64,000 nucleotides of DNA. It comes from Octopus vulgaris. Taxonomy: Eukaryota. Shown in pieces: positions 1-13,999 of this stretch. Numbering within the stretch: the first letter of the stretch is position 1; the number at the start of each line of letters is the position of its first letter. A program made the translations under genes and the position numbers. Below the pieces are notes generated by a model, which saw only the letters and a list, made by a program, of their open reading frames with translations, searched no databases and had not been told where the DNA came from. The stretch lies in NCBI GenBank assembly GCA_951406725.2, contig OX597819.1, positions 102,238,001 through 102,302,000 of the forward strand. The letters run 5' to 3'.

Positions 1-132
1 GGTGTGAAGAATGGAGGCTGGTATGCATGGGTGACTGCTGGCCTTTCACAAAAAACCTTGCCCGGATTTGTACCTGGGAGGGTAACTTTCTAGGGACATT
101 CCCCCATGGTCATTCATGACCGAAGGGGTCTC
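1..132 (+). mobile_element. Probable 3' end of an interspersed retroposon, truncated by the window edge
   Basis: A GC-richer block ending ...ggtaactttctagg...catggtcattcatgaccgaaggggtc, directly followed by (TA)n. It resembles octopus repeat termini as I recall them; there is only one copy here. Confidence 0.35.
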
Positions 133-210
133 CTCCTCCTCATATATATGCATATGTATGTATATATATAAATATATACATATTTATACTTATATATACA
201 TATTTATACT

Positions 211-255
<45 letters not shown>

Positions 256-286
256 TTATACTTATATTTACATATATATAAATACA

Positions 287-322
<36 letters not shown>

Positions 323-365
323 CATATTTATACTTATATTTACATATATATAAATACATATATAT

Positions 366-434
<69 letters not shown>

Positions 435-874
435 TAGAGGGAAACCACTAATTCATATGCTAGACCACTGGTGTGAAATCGATGTTAATAAAATTAATAT
501 CTAATTTCTCACCCTCTTTTTAAATTTACACACACACACACAGATACATATATATATATATATATATTTGAATCCCGGATCAGCCTCCTTACACATGGAT
601 ATGTCTCCAACAATAATAAATCTTTACTTTTTTTTTTTTTGGCTTGAGTGGAGCATGGTGCCCCATATTTGACTAAACGCCTTCACCAGGTGTTGCTATT
701 AAGTTTAACATGGCCTGGACCTTTACTGGTGGAAACCTATTAAAGTTATATATATATTGTGTGTGTTTGTGTGTATGTATGTATATATATACATATGCAT
801 ATATATCTACATATATACATATATATATATATGCATGTATATCATATATATATATATGCATGTGTGTATAGTGA

Positions 875-1141
875 ATGCACATGGCCTAGTAGTTAGAGCA
901 TCGCACTCGTCGTCGCGGGGTCGCAGGTTCGAACCTCAGACAGGGCGATATGTGTGTTTATGAGCGAAACACCTAAGCTCTCAGCGGCTCTTCTGCTGAC
1001 TCCTTCTCCACAACTTTCTCTCATTCTTTACTTCTGCATCTAGCAGCTCACCTGTGATCACCGGCGGCCCTTCTAGGTGGCGAACGTATTCACCAATGGA
1101 ACCGGGAAGTTGTCCCTTATGATCCCTTATGAGATGGAACT

Positions 1142-1151
<10 letters not shown>
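875..1151 (+). mobile_element. tRNA-derived SINE (family D)
   Basis: Pol III A box TGGCCTAGTAG (882-892) and B box GGTTCGAACC (926-935), followed by a non-tRNA body and a (CAA)n tail at about 1142-1151. Confidence 0.75.
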
Positions 1152-1179
<28 letters not shown>

Positions 1180-2039
1180 CTCATACATATATATATATAC
1201 ATACATACACACACACAAATGTGCACACAAACACACGTACACAGTCACGATATGTATATATACATGCATACATACACACGCACATGAAGAATCGTTTGGA
1301 GAAGATATTGTCTGCTGTTTCTTGCAAATCGATAAGGTCTCTTTTGTTAATATGAGGAGCTATACCGAAATACATTCCAACTGTGACCGCCCTGTCTTCA
1401 TTCTTATAAATAATGTAGTGAAACCACATACTTATATTCTTTTTGCTTATTTCATATATTTGACTGCGACTATGCTGGAGCAACTTCTTTTCTGTGTGTG
1501 TGTGTGTGTAGTCTGGAGCGTATTTCATTACTATATACTTGAGTGTCCCACAGATCGATTCTTGCAGGTGTTGCTAGTGATGATGATGATGCAGGTTGAT
1601 GAAGACAGAGTAACAGAATGATGTAGAACGATTGGATCACACGGAGTGAACCGAGACTAGAGAGAGGGAGGCGTGTGAGAGATGGGGTGAAGGGCAAGAG
1701 GGACAGACAGACAGACAGGATGAAGATTGACAAAAACAAGGGAAAAAAACCTGTATAGGACAATGGAGAGCAGAGTTCAAATGGATATAGGACCGGAATT
1801 TCTGATAATTGCCCTCGTACTGAGAACAATGATGGTGATGATAAAGATGATAGTAATGAAGGCAATGGTGACTACTATGATGATGATGATGATGATGATG
1901 ATGGTGAAAACGAAGATTTCTTTATTAACCGCTGGGACATAAAAGAATGGTTTCATAGGGAGAGTCTACGGCGGTTCACAGAAAAAAAAAGAGAAAACAA
2001 GCAAAAGAGAATGCAAAATAAAGAAAAGAATATTAGCAC

Positions 2040-2074
2040 TAATAATAATGATGATGATAATAATAATGATGATG

Positions 2075-2141
<67 letters not shown>

Positions 2142-2143
2142 TA
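2040..2143. repeat. (AAT)n/(GAT)n trinucleotide microsatellite
   Basis: Direct reading of the sequence. Confidence 0.95.
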
Positions 2144-2514
2144 ATTTCTTTTATTGGCCATTAGGAGCTCAAGACATTGCGGACCATACAAGAATAATAA
2201 TTGTAATGATTTTACGTGTATATATTACTCACATACAAATCAAGTTCAAACACACACACACATATATATATGTGTGTGTATGTATATACATACATAAATA
2301 TATACATACATATATACATATATATATATACATATATAGACATATACATATATACACATATATATACATATATACATATATATATACATAACCATACATA
2401 TATATACACATACATACATATGTAGACATGCATATATACACATACATATATACACACGCACACACACACACATATATACACACGCACGCACACACACATA
2501 TATACACACGCACG

Positions 2515-2597
<83 letters not shown>

Positions 2598-3105
2598 TTA
2601 TGTATACGTAGTGTTTGCACCAGAAATCAAACTTCTATATTCTGTGCGCACACGTTATTATCAAGAATTTTACTCGATATATGCACTAGCCTATACACAC
2701 ATAATATATACATTATATATAGACATAACACACATATAATATTATTTATTATATATACATGTGTGTGTGTGTGTGTATTTGTCTTAAAGGATTTTTAGAT
2801 AATTATATAATATATATGAATTGTAAAACCCGCGAGCAATAAGCGAAAGGGCACTCACTGCAAGCGTGCCGTCAAAAGTTATAGAAATAATTCTATTGAT
2901 TGTGACTTCGAAGTTTATTCGCTAGCGGCGTCAGCACCACCCACTACGTACTATAGTCATCCATGTGTTTCCGTGCTTGCGTGTGTGCATGTGTATGTGT
3001 GTGTGCGCTTATATATCTGTGTGTGTGTGAGTGAGAGGGAGAGCCAGAGGAAGCGAGAGAGAGAGAGTGAGAGGAAGAGAGAGAGAGAGAGAGAGGAAGA
3101 GAGAG

Positions 3106-3147
<42 letters not shown>

Positions 3148-3611
3148 AACTGAAAGAGCAACGCGTTGAACGTGCTGTGGTATTCCATCGTTCTTGCGCT
3201 GTTTGATGACGCTCTGCCGAGTACCAGAGGTATCCTCGGGTGGGAGGAATCTTCTATCTACATAACCCTCTTTCTTCCCCCCTCTCTCTCTCTCTTTCTC
3301 TTTCACTTTATCTGGTGAATCAACTACTGCATCACGCCACGAGGAGAACCGTGGGGTTCACCGCTCCAAACGTCCCCTGTTGTTGATAAGGAAGATTCAA
3401 GACAAATACTTCCCATCGATAAATGTGAGAAGCTGCTGTGCACTACATCACATATAAGAGCGTGTATGTGAGCGTGTGTGTTAGTGTGTGTGTGTGTGTG
3501 TATGTGTGTGTGTATGTGTGTATGTGTGTGTGTGTGAAGGTATGCACGTATGTGCGTGTGAGCGTATCTCTTTGTACCCTTATATCCGTACAGAAAAACG
3601 GACATCTGCAA

Positions 3612-3651
<40 letters not shown>

Positions 3652-3821
3652 GTTCATTCCAGTTTATATACAGCAACTTCTATACGTACAAATTGGTGTG
3701 TAGAGTGCACATATGTGTAGGTGAAGTGTTTGCATATTATGCATGGAACTGCAAATGTCTTTGTGTGTAATACATATTTTGCCAAATTCTCCAAACAACT
3801 TTCAGGAAACCTCAAATACAT

Positions 3822-3891
<70 letters not shown>

Positions 3892-3943
3892 GACCGTCTT
3901 GTGGTTTGCTTTTTGCTGTGTTCTCTCGTTCCCCCCCCGTCCC

Positions 3944-3976
<33 letters not shown>

Positions 3977-4189
3977 ACTGTTTGCTACATGATGAATAGA
4001 AAAGAATGCAATAGCTGTGAGTATGACGGGTGGCAAGTTTATGATAGATGCGGGTAGAAAGAGAAAAGGAAAGAAACGATGGTGTGTGTTCGTGTGTGTA
4101 TGGCTGTATGGCTGTGTGAGAAAGAGAGAGAGAGAAAAATACACCTATATATATATATATATATATATGTACATATAATATTTTTAATT

Positions 4190-4430
4190 GTTTTAGCCAC
4201 TGGGCTACGGCCATGCTCTGGGGCACAGCCTAGAAGTGCTTCGTCAAACAAATCGACTTTTTTTTTTTTACGAAAGAATGTTACTTATTCTACTCATCAA
4301 TGTTTCTGAACCGTTAAGTTACATGGACATAAACAAACCAACACCAATTATCTAGCAGTGCTGGGGCACAAACACACGAACACAAACATCTACACACGCG
4401 CGCGCAAACATATAAGTGTGTCCGTGTCTT

Positions 4431-4461
<31 letters not shown>

Positions 4462-4660
4462 TATTTTATTCTGTATTCATTTCAGTCATTTGACTGCAGC
4501 CATGCTGGAGCACCGCCTTTACTCGAGTAAATCGACCCCTTTGTAAGCCTAGTACTTATTCTATCGATCTCACTTGCCGAACAGCAAGGTGACAGGGACG
4601 TAAACACACCAGCATCAGTTGTCAAGCGATGTTGGGGTGGGGCACAAACACAGACACGCA
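4190..4660 (-). mobile_element. Two adjacent 3'-half copies of SINE family B
   Basis: Reverse complement of the family-B tail (ttcagtcatttgactgcagccatgctggagcaccgcc...ctagtacttattctatcg...gttgtcaagcgatg) at about 4460-4660, with a more decayed copy at about 4190-4380. Confidence 0.8.
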
Positions 4661-4779
4661 AACATATAGAGTTAGAGTTACATAGAGTGTGTATGTGAGA
4701 GAGGGAGAAAGGGAGAGAGTACTGTGTGTGTGTGTGTGTGTGTGTGTAAGCGTATCTCTGTCTATTTACACACAAGTCC

Positions 4780-4813
<34 letters not shown>

Positions 4814-5274
4814 TCACACATGCACACACACACACACACACACGCACAGAATTCTGCATTGTGAAAAGGCGGGTCGGGCCATTTTCTGAGTGGTCACGTG
4901 TACTTCCACATGTGCGTGCGTGCAAACGTTACAGTATTTCCAACATCTAGCCCCATCCAACATTGTAGGTAAATCAGTTTATATTTTAGCTCCCACTCAG
5001 GCGCACTGTTTTTCTGCATTTCGACTACTCACATAACCATTTCTTCATACAACAAAAATCAAAAAAAAAAAAAAAAGGAACATATACACACGTGTGTGTG
5101 CATTTGACAAATTCTAATACACGAAACTCTCGGCTGTTTGGTCGCTCTGTAGTTTGTTTTAAATTACATATACATATATATGTATATATATATATATACA
5201 CACACACGCACATATAAAATGAAATACTGATATGGTTATAGTAAAAACTACGTACAAACATGCATATGTAAACA

Positions 5275-5395
5275 CACATAATGGTTCCGGGTTCGGTCCC
5301 ACCGCGTAGCACCTTGCTCATCTGTTTTCTACTAGACCCACAGGCTAAACAAAGCCTTGTGAATGATTTCGGTTGACGGAAACTGAAAGTCTTCA
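5275..5395 (+). mobile_element. 5' half of SINE family B (decayed)
   Basis: atggttccgggttcggtccc...accttg...aaagccttgtgaatgatttcggttgacggaaactgaaag, shared with the other B copies. Confidence 0.75.
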
Positions 5396-5861
5396 TACAT
5401 ATATATAATATATGAGATATATATATACATATATATAATATATGAGATATATATATATATATACATATATATATAATATATGAGATATATATATATACAT
5501 ATATATATAATATATGAGATATATATATATATACATATATATATAATATATGAGATATATATATATACATATATATATAATATATGAGATATATATATAT
5601 ATACATATATATATAATATGAGATATATATATATACATATATATAATATATGAGATATATATATATATACATATATATATAATATGAGATATATATATAT
5701 ACATATATATATAATATATGAGATATATATATATATATACATATATATATAATATGAGATATATATATATATACATATATATATAATATATGAGATATAT
5801 ATATATATACATATATATATAATATATGATATATATATATATACATATATATATAATATAT

Positions 5862-5910
<49 letters not shown>

Positions 5911-5941
5911 TATATATATATATACATATATAATATATGAG

Positions 5942-5990
<49 letters not shown>
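5396..5990. repeat. AT-rich minisatellite, unit of about 34-40 bp (TA)nATATATGAGA(TA)nCA, roughly 15 copies
   Basis: Periodic recurrence of 'aatatatgagatatat...atacat'. Confidence 0.9.
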
Positions 5991-5992
<2 letters not shown>

Positions 5993-6278
5993 AGGCAGGA
6001 GTGGCTGTGTGGTAAATAGCTTGTTTACTAACCACATAGTTCCGGGTTCAGTCCCAGTCCGTGGCACCTTGGGCAGGATTTGGAAGACGGAAACTGAAAG
6101 AAGCCCGTCGTATATGTATATATATGTCTGTGTGTTTGTCACCCACCATCGCTTGACAACCGATGTTGGCGTGTTAACTTAGCGGTTCGGCAAAAGAGAC
6201 CGATAGAATAAGTACTAGGCTTACAGAGAATAAGCCGTAGAGTCAAATGACTGAAACAAGAAAAAGAATAAAAGAATA
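5993..6278 (+). mobile_element. tRNA-derived CORE-like SINE (family B), internally deleted
   Basis: Head ggcaggagtggctgtgtggtaa...gggttcagtccc, CORE-like gtggcaccttgggca, and tail gtcaaatgactgaaacaag. More than 15 related pieces occur in the window. Confidence 0.85.
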
Positions 6279-6489
6279 TACGTGTATATATATATGTGTG
6301 TGTGTGTGTGTATATGTGTCTGTGTATATATATGTTTGTGTATATATGTATATATATATATATATACGAAAAATAAGAGAAAGGGAAAGGTACAGGAAAG
6401 TTGACTTGATATGAAGACAGACAGACAGTCCTTTTAACAGAGTGTTTGCGTGTGTGAAAAACGGGGAGAGTGGAAAGTAGGTTGATAAA

Positions 6490-7415
6490 GTTATTGTCTA
6501 GCCCTGTTAGAGCTTGATTGATCTCAACTCCAATGAAAGGGGTTCTAACTGTGACCATCTCGTGTTTTCCCTTCGTAATAGAAACTCACATCCATATTAT
6601 ACAACGTGTATTTTTCCAAGATAGTCGTGCGCAGATTTTGGGATATTTGGCTGCTATTTCTTGCAGGCCCTAGTTTAACCCATGGTGGTTCATATGTAGT
6701 TAGATATAAGTGTTGAGATGGGAGTGTGTGCAAATATGAGTTTGATGGGTAGAAGAAAGAGGGGAACGTTAGGTGAAATATGTAGAGATAGATGAAAAGT
6801 ACACGACACATAGCTTCCGACAGGACTTGAGCTGTATACCAGACGTTCCAACCGGGACCACCTATCATTTTATTTTCTGATAGGGTGTATCTAGAACTAA
6901 TTAAAGACAAATCTATATAAATTTTTATTGAGGTTAATTTTTATAGACAGTAAGTGCATAATTAATTTTCGATAGGTTTTGTGAGGGCTATGGGTAAGCC
7001 ACTTCTTCCAGATCACAGAAAAAGATTTAGCTGCTTTTTCTAGGGGATCAAGTGACAACATACGGCTTCCTAGTAAATTGCCTTGAAAAGTAGGTAGATA
7101 CGCAGGTAGAGAGAAATATGGGTAGGTTTAGAGTTATTTATCACCGTGCCTATCCTAATCCCTCTGGCATTGTGACCATCCATTTTTATTCTATATTTTA
7201 ATATTACATTATATCTTATGAGTACTTTTTTTTTTAGGTGATATGTTTGAAATATGAGGATTTGGATATCATTTCTAGAAGAGAGAGGGTTCCTCTCTGG
7301 TTTTTCAAGTATTATAAGCAAAGATCTCAAGTACACGAGAAGGTTGCTGTACTCTAATATGGAGACATAGAAATTTTGAGAATGATATATAGAGTGAGAT
7401 AAATAGAAAAAAAGT

Positions 7416-7463
<48 letters not shown>

Positions 7464-7774
7464 CAAAAAGAGAGACAGGGAGAAAGACAGAGGGGGAGAG
7501 AGAGATATTGTGAAGAAATTTATAAAGCGATTGTCATACATACATTTGTATAAAGATAAAGTACACACACACACATGCATATTATAAGACCATCCATATG
7601 TACATATATGAATGGTAAGACAACCATACAGAGAGAGACTGATTTATAGATGCATAGATGGATGATTAAGCAAGTGTATACAGTTCAATGGACAGCATAT
7701 ATATATGTCTGTGCGCGTGAATGTGAAAGTTTGCATGTATCTATTTATCTATCTATCTATCTATCTATCTATTT

Positions 7775-7845
<71 letters not shown>

Positions 7846-10389
7846 TGATATGATATGATATGATATGATATATATTTGCATACATAGAAAATCACAGGAC
7901 ACACATACATAAAGAGCGGGAGAGAGAGAGAGACAGACAGAAGTGAGGGAGAGTTAGAAGAGCAAGTGGCAGAAAATTAGATCTAGATCATTATTATATA
8001 CCAAATTTCAAGTTCCATTTAACATAATCGTTTGTGGATCGGCAACAAGAGGTCGGACTAGCAAATTGCAGATAATGCATGCCTACATACATACATACAT
8101 ACATACATACATACATACACACATATATAAACATACATGTACATAGAGGCAAACATATACGTATATACATATCCATATAAACTCACACACATATATATAC
8201 ACACTCATATACACACTCCAATTTTAAGAGACATATACATACATGCCGACAAGCAGGCAAACTGAGACGAAGAAATATATTAAAGACAGACAGACGAAAA
8301 AGGAAGAAACGAACTTGCTTTCACAAAGACAATTAAATACACTATATAATCAATTAATTATTTAACCCCTGGTTATTTCATCCTCAGTAGTTCTGTGACC
8401 ACAGGTTTCAAAACCGTGACCGTTTCATTTTTGTCGTTATTATTCTTAACAACTAGGATAAGGTTTGAGAAAATTTGGCTGCTATTTCTAACGTTTGCTG
8501 CGACTATGTAGAGCTGGCTGGTTGCCTGAGACTGCAGCATATTTATTTATGGAACGGCGGAGAAATGTCAGTGATTTTCACACCAAAAAGATTTAAAATA
8601 TTGAAATTGTGAAGATTTTGTATAATTGTGGCATTTCGTATCTGTAATGGCTTCTTAATAAATTACCTTTTTTTTAATATGGCTGTTATATATACACATG
8701 TACAAACACACACACACACATATATATATATATACGTATACATACATATATACGTATACATGCATACATATATATGGATACATACATATATACATATACA
8801 TATATAGATGTATATAGATGTATATACATATATACATATACATATATGTGTGTGTGTATATATATATTTATATATGTATGTTTGTGTGTATATATATATA
8901 TGTATGTTTGTGTATATATATATATATATATATATATACAAACATACATATACATATATATAGACATATACATACATATACACACACACACAAATATATA
9001 TATATATACACTGATACACATAGATTTACATACATTTACATATACATACATTATATATACACACAGCAAAAGAAAGCGTGTATGATTACACACACACATA
9101 GACTTACATACACACACACATAGACTTACATACACACACATATATAAATACATACATACATATAGGCACATGCACATATGCTGTTAGTGTAGTTGTGTGT
9201 AAGTATATATGTGTTTTGTGTGTGAATGTGTGTAACTGTGGTTCTAACTGAGCGTCTGTGCCTATTTGTATGCCTGCACACACGTAAATATGTTAGTCGT
9301 ATGTGTACATGTGATTATACTATACATGTAAAGACGTAAATATATATATCAAGGCTTGCATAGTTATCTCTATCTGTGTGTGTGTGCTCGTGTATGCGTG
9401 TGTGTTTTGTGTGTGTGTCTGTGTCTGTGTAATATACACATAGCTCTGACTGTGGATGTTCATGTCGATATCTCTCCGTGTGTGTGTGTGTTTATATCTG
9501 AGTATGTGTGCGTATTTACGTATCTCTCTATCAATAGACGTATGCTTTCTCTGCGTGTGTATGTATGTTTGGATTAAAATTTATATATATATAATTCGGT
9601 TATATATGTATGTATGTATGTATGTATATATATAATTCGGTTAAAAAACTTGTCAATGTGTGTATATGAGTGTATGTGTGTAGCTGTACTCTTATCTAAA
9701 ATATATTGTTTGTGTGCGCGACGGGATTATAAATTTAAGAACAATCTACGTATTCATGAATCTGTTGTTGTTACAGTCATTGTAGCGAGTGATCTAACTC
9801 CAGCTGTGACCAACACGTCTATTTAGCGGGTATCCATTATTATATCATATCATATTATGTAATTATGTCGTTGCATTTTATGAGAGCGCTGTGTAGCTGT
9901 TATTTCTAGCAATTCGAGTGACCGAGACCAAACAGGACTCCGTTATTTGTGTCGAACGTGTGTGCATGTGTGGTGTGTGTGTGTACGAATGTTACATGAG
10001 TATTGAATGTGTATATCAAAGCTTACATATTTGTGTCTATCCGTGTGTGTATTCGGGTATGTGTGCATGTGTATTCGGGTATGTGTGTGTGTGTGTGTTT
10101 TGTGTGTATGTGTCTGCGAGGGTACATATATTGGAGTTGCTATTATTTAGCCCTAGACAGTCCTTGTACCCAACAGACTTATGATCCAATACATTCCATC
10201 GGTAACCATCCCGTCTTAAATTCATTCATGTAATACCCAAGACTACTTTATCCGTTGTTTAGTCTTATTTAAGTGAGATAATGTTATATATGACGGAATT
10301 TTGACTACTATATCTAGCAATTGGAGCTACCACTTATGACCTCCGTCACTGAATATGAGCTGAAGGCGTGTGTGAAAGCTGTTATGTGA

Positions 10390-10432
<43 letters not shown>

Positions 10433-12360
10433 CATACATATACAGGTAGATACACAGACAGATAGAAGAACAGATAGGTAGGTAGGTAGTTGGGTAGCTA
10501 GCTAGATATAAGTGAACACACACACACACACCTACGTGCACACATACATACATTTGCACGGACATGTTTGTGGTGAATATGTGCATGTTGGAAGTGTGGT
10601 CTGTGGTGTATTGTATGTGTGTGTGTGCTTCGTATGATTTGAGAAGGGTATTGTTGTTTAGGCCTAGGTCAGCCTTGATCAGCCTGGCCCAACCCCACAG
10701 ACATTGCAGCTGTGACCGACCAGAATTCTTATCCATCGTTTGTTTCTAAGACAACATGTACTCGTCGAGTCCTTCCTGTATTAATGAATATACGCCTGAA
10801 ATTTCAAAGAGATTTAGCTGCTATATCTAGCAGGGCGATCGAGATGTACAGGGACGAGTCTTTTTCCGTAGGCTTCATTCAACAATGTCGTTGCTGTTAT
10901 AGCTTAGCCGCAGGTTCGCCCTTCTCCAGCAGACGTATTATGAGACTATCCAACCATGACCACCCAATGTATATATATATTCTTTTCGTTTCCAGACATA
11001 TAATTACCCACATTTCAAACCGATAGGATGCGAAATTGGGGGAGATTCGACAGCTATTTCTAGCAGAGTCAGCGATAAATATGGTGAAATGTGTGAATAG
11101 TATTGTAATGTTTATTTAACCCCGAGTCAAGTCTGATCCAATTGAGTTATGATTAAAAGGAATCCAAATGTGACCACCACCACTTTTACTGATATGGAAC
11201 GGAACTCCGGATAATATAATCTAATGTACGTTCACATAAGACGATCGGGTGTGATAAGCATAGAGATTTGGTTGCCATTTTTAGCAGACCGAGTTAAGAA
11301 GAGACCCTCTCATTGCCTCGTTGAGTAGATATAAATACGTATATGTGTACGTGTATGTGTGAGTGTGGATGTGTACGTGTACGGTGTGTGTGTGTGTGTG
11401 TGTGTGTCTCTGTCTGTGTATGTTGTGTCGCATAAAATGTATTACTGTGAGAGTAAATATAATTACACCGATTGCGTGTGTATGTGTATATGTGTGTATT
11501 TATACATGTGTGTGTGTGTGTGTGGTATTGTGTATGCTTATATACGTTACATAGATGCACTACCATGTATGTGCGTGTGTGTAGATGGCAGAGGGGGGGG
11601 TACACTGTGCGCGCTTGCGAGTGAGAAAGAAAGAGAAAGTGTGAAAGAGAAAGGGTAGATTTTTTTTCAATCGGAAAAAAAAAAACCAAATGCGTGTGTG
11701 CATGCGTGTGTGTATGCGTGTGTGCGCGTGTATATAAAGTGCCCTGTGTGTCTAAGTGCATGCTCGCTTCTGCTCTTTTATGTATGTGTGTGTGCGTGAG
11801 TCCGCCAGTATGCGTGTGTGCGCTTGTGTGTGTGTATATGTGTGTATGTGCGGGTGTGCGCAAATATGACATTTGAGTTGGATGCAATAAATAAAGTGTG
11901 TGCTTTTGTAAAATGGTGTTGATGTTGTTATTGCGGTAGTGATGATGGTTGTTCCTGCTGTTTTCACCATTGTTGTTGTTGTTGTTGTTGTTGCTGCTGC
12001 TGCTACTACTGCTACTGTTCACGTCTTTTAGTCCCAGGTCAGAGTTGCGTGTAGGACACACCGTCCTAAAAGTTCTGATGGTGGTTCTGGTGACAGGGAT
12101 GACGGCGGCAGTGATTATAATGGCGGCTATGCCTGAGGTTTAACCCTAGGTAAATGGCTGATTGGGTAATCCTGTCAACAAAGGCATTCCAGCCGTGCCC
12201 ACCCAAAATTTTTTTTTTTTCATATATATTTAGGCAAGCCGGAAATACATTAAGCAACGTGTCAAGCCTTTTTTTTGTTTTTGTTTTTTATTTTCATTTT
12301 TCTTAAAAACAAAATGGTGAATATTTTGAGGACAATCTCGCTGCTATTTTCAGAAGGCTG
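6490..12360 (+). repeat. Cluster of about 10 decayed, co-oriented copies of an old ~200-bp repeat (family E)
   Basis: The motif (g)atttggctgctatttctagca recurs near 6645, 7025, 7260, 8472, 9895, 10300, 10812, 11048, 11268 and 12336. It is usually preceded by ttagccc..ggtc and ttcca...gtgaccatc blocks. Confidence 0.65.
7741..7845. repeat. (CTAT)n immediately followed by (ATAG)n: inverted tetranucleotide repeat
   Basis: Direct reading; the arms are self-complementary over about 30 bp. Confidence 0.9.
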
Positions 12361-12860
12361 GAAGCTCAGAAATAAGGAAATATTGCAGAAGAATACGTAT
12401 GTGTGTGTGAATACACAACGTTTAGCTATGTTGGTGTGGGGTGGAACGCTAGTGATTCTGGGACAGTCTATGTGTGTGTGCGAATATCTTCGCAAAGAGC
12501 TTGGAGAGTGGCACTTGAAATACAAAAGTAGGAGCGTTATGAGCACACAGCAGGCATTCACACACACACACACACAGAGGCACACAAGTACACACACACA
12601 CACACGCAAACATACACACACGCAAACACACAGAAACGCACACATAGAAGCATAAAAAAGATTATATATATACATATATATATATATATGTATAAATATA
12701 TGTACTTATACACACACACATAGATGTATATATATATACTTATATATATATATAAATATATATACACTTATCTATATATATATATAAATATATATATATA
12801 CACTTAAGTATATATACACTTATCTATATATATATACACTTAAGTATATATACACTTATC

Positions 12861-12894
<34 letters not shown>

Positions 12895-12902
12895 CACTTA
12901 AG

Positions 12903-12933
<31 letters not shown>

Positions 12934-12950
12934 TTAAGTATATATATATT

Positions 12951-13060
12951 ATCATCATCATCATCATCATCATCGTTTAACGTCCGCTTTCCATGCTAGC
13001 ATGGGTTGGACGGTTCAACTGGGGTCTGGGGAGCCCGAAGGCTGCACCAGGCCAGTCAGA
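12951..13060 (-). mobile_element. 3' terminus of a LINE/LINE-tailed SINE with a (GAT)n tail
   Basis: The minus strand reads ...ccgtccaacccatgctagcatggaaagcggacgttaaac(gat)n, a retroposon-like end with a short tandem-repeat tail. A decayed relative lies near 39295-39335. Confidence 0.6.
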
Positions 13061-13636
13061 TATATAAATTTCTATGGGTATGTATATCTTTGTGTAGTTT
13101 ACTTCCTTCATTAGTCTTCGCCGTTAGTCTACGGCCATACTGGGGCATCGCGTTCAAGGGACTGTGTGTATGTGATCAATCGCAGTACTTGTTACAAATC
13201 TAGTAATTCCTGTATGGACACCTTTTGCTAGACAGATAATATGGGGGAAGGCGCAAGCCACACAAAACCCAATGTCAAGTAGAATATGATGAACAGAAAC
13301 AAAATTACAGGGTCACAAATATAAATATACATTTTTTATATGTGAGTATATATGAATGTGTTTTAATATGCATTTATATACGCCAGTGTGTGCTCGCGTT
13401 TACGAGCATTTTAGAAGAATGACGGGTGAGGTAAAAATGACTCGAACACTAAAGGTAGAGTGATACACGCTCTTATTAAATATAACCTACACGATTGCCC
13501 TATTCTGTCTGATGATAGGTTAAATGAAACTCGGGTTAACAAATTTTGGTAAACATCTCAGCATCGATAGAACACTACTTCCTTCAAGATATACACTCAT
13601 AACAAGCAAACACACAGAAAGAACATATTATATATG

Positions 13637-13669
<33 letters not shown>

Positions 13670-13877
13670 ATACATATATGTATATATACACACATATATA
13701 TATACATATGCATACATGCATATACATATATACACACATATATATACATAGATATACATATATACATATATATACACACATATATACATATATATACATA
13801 TATATGTATATATGCATATATGTATGCACATATATACACATATATATATGCACACATACACACACATACATATATAG

Positions 13878-13908
<31 letters not shown>

Positions 13909-13935
13909 TACACACACACATATATATACATATAT

Positions 13936-13968
<33 letters not shown>

Positions 13969-13999
13969 CATATATACACACACACATATATATATTGTT

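Noticed and set aside
875-950. Possible tRNA gene (A and B boxes)
   Set aside because: There is no complete cloverleaf or T-run terminator, and it continues into a SINE body and tail.
1759-2391. Stop-free plus-strand frame encoding an acidic D/N-rich peptide
   Set aside because: The open frame is largely explained by (GAT)n/(AAT)n repeats. The preceding AG lacks a pyrimidine tract, the frame runs into dinucleotide repeats, and I recognise no homology.
3145-3306. Minus-strand peptide RKNDGIPQHVQR, loosely like BCL11 RKQGKPQHL
   Set aside because: The key residues are missing, there is no ATG or splice acceptor context, and it is flanked by microsatellites; likely chance.
5396-5990. Regularly spaced repeats superficially like a CRISPR array
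   Set aside because: There are no unique spacers and no cas genes, and the context is eukaryotic; it is a minisatellite.
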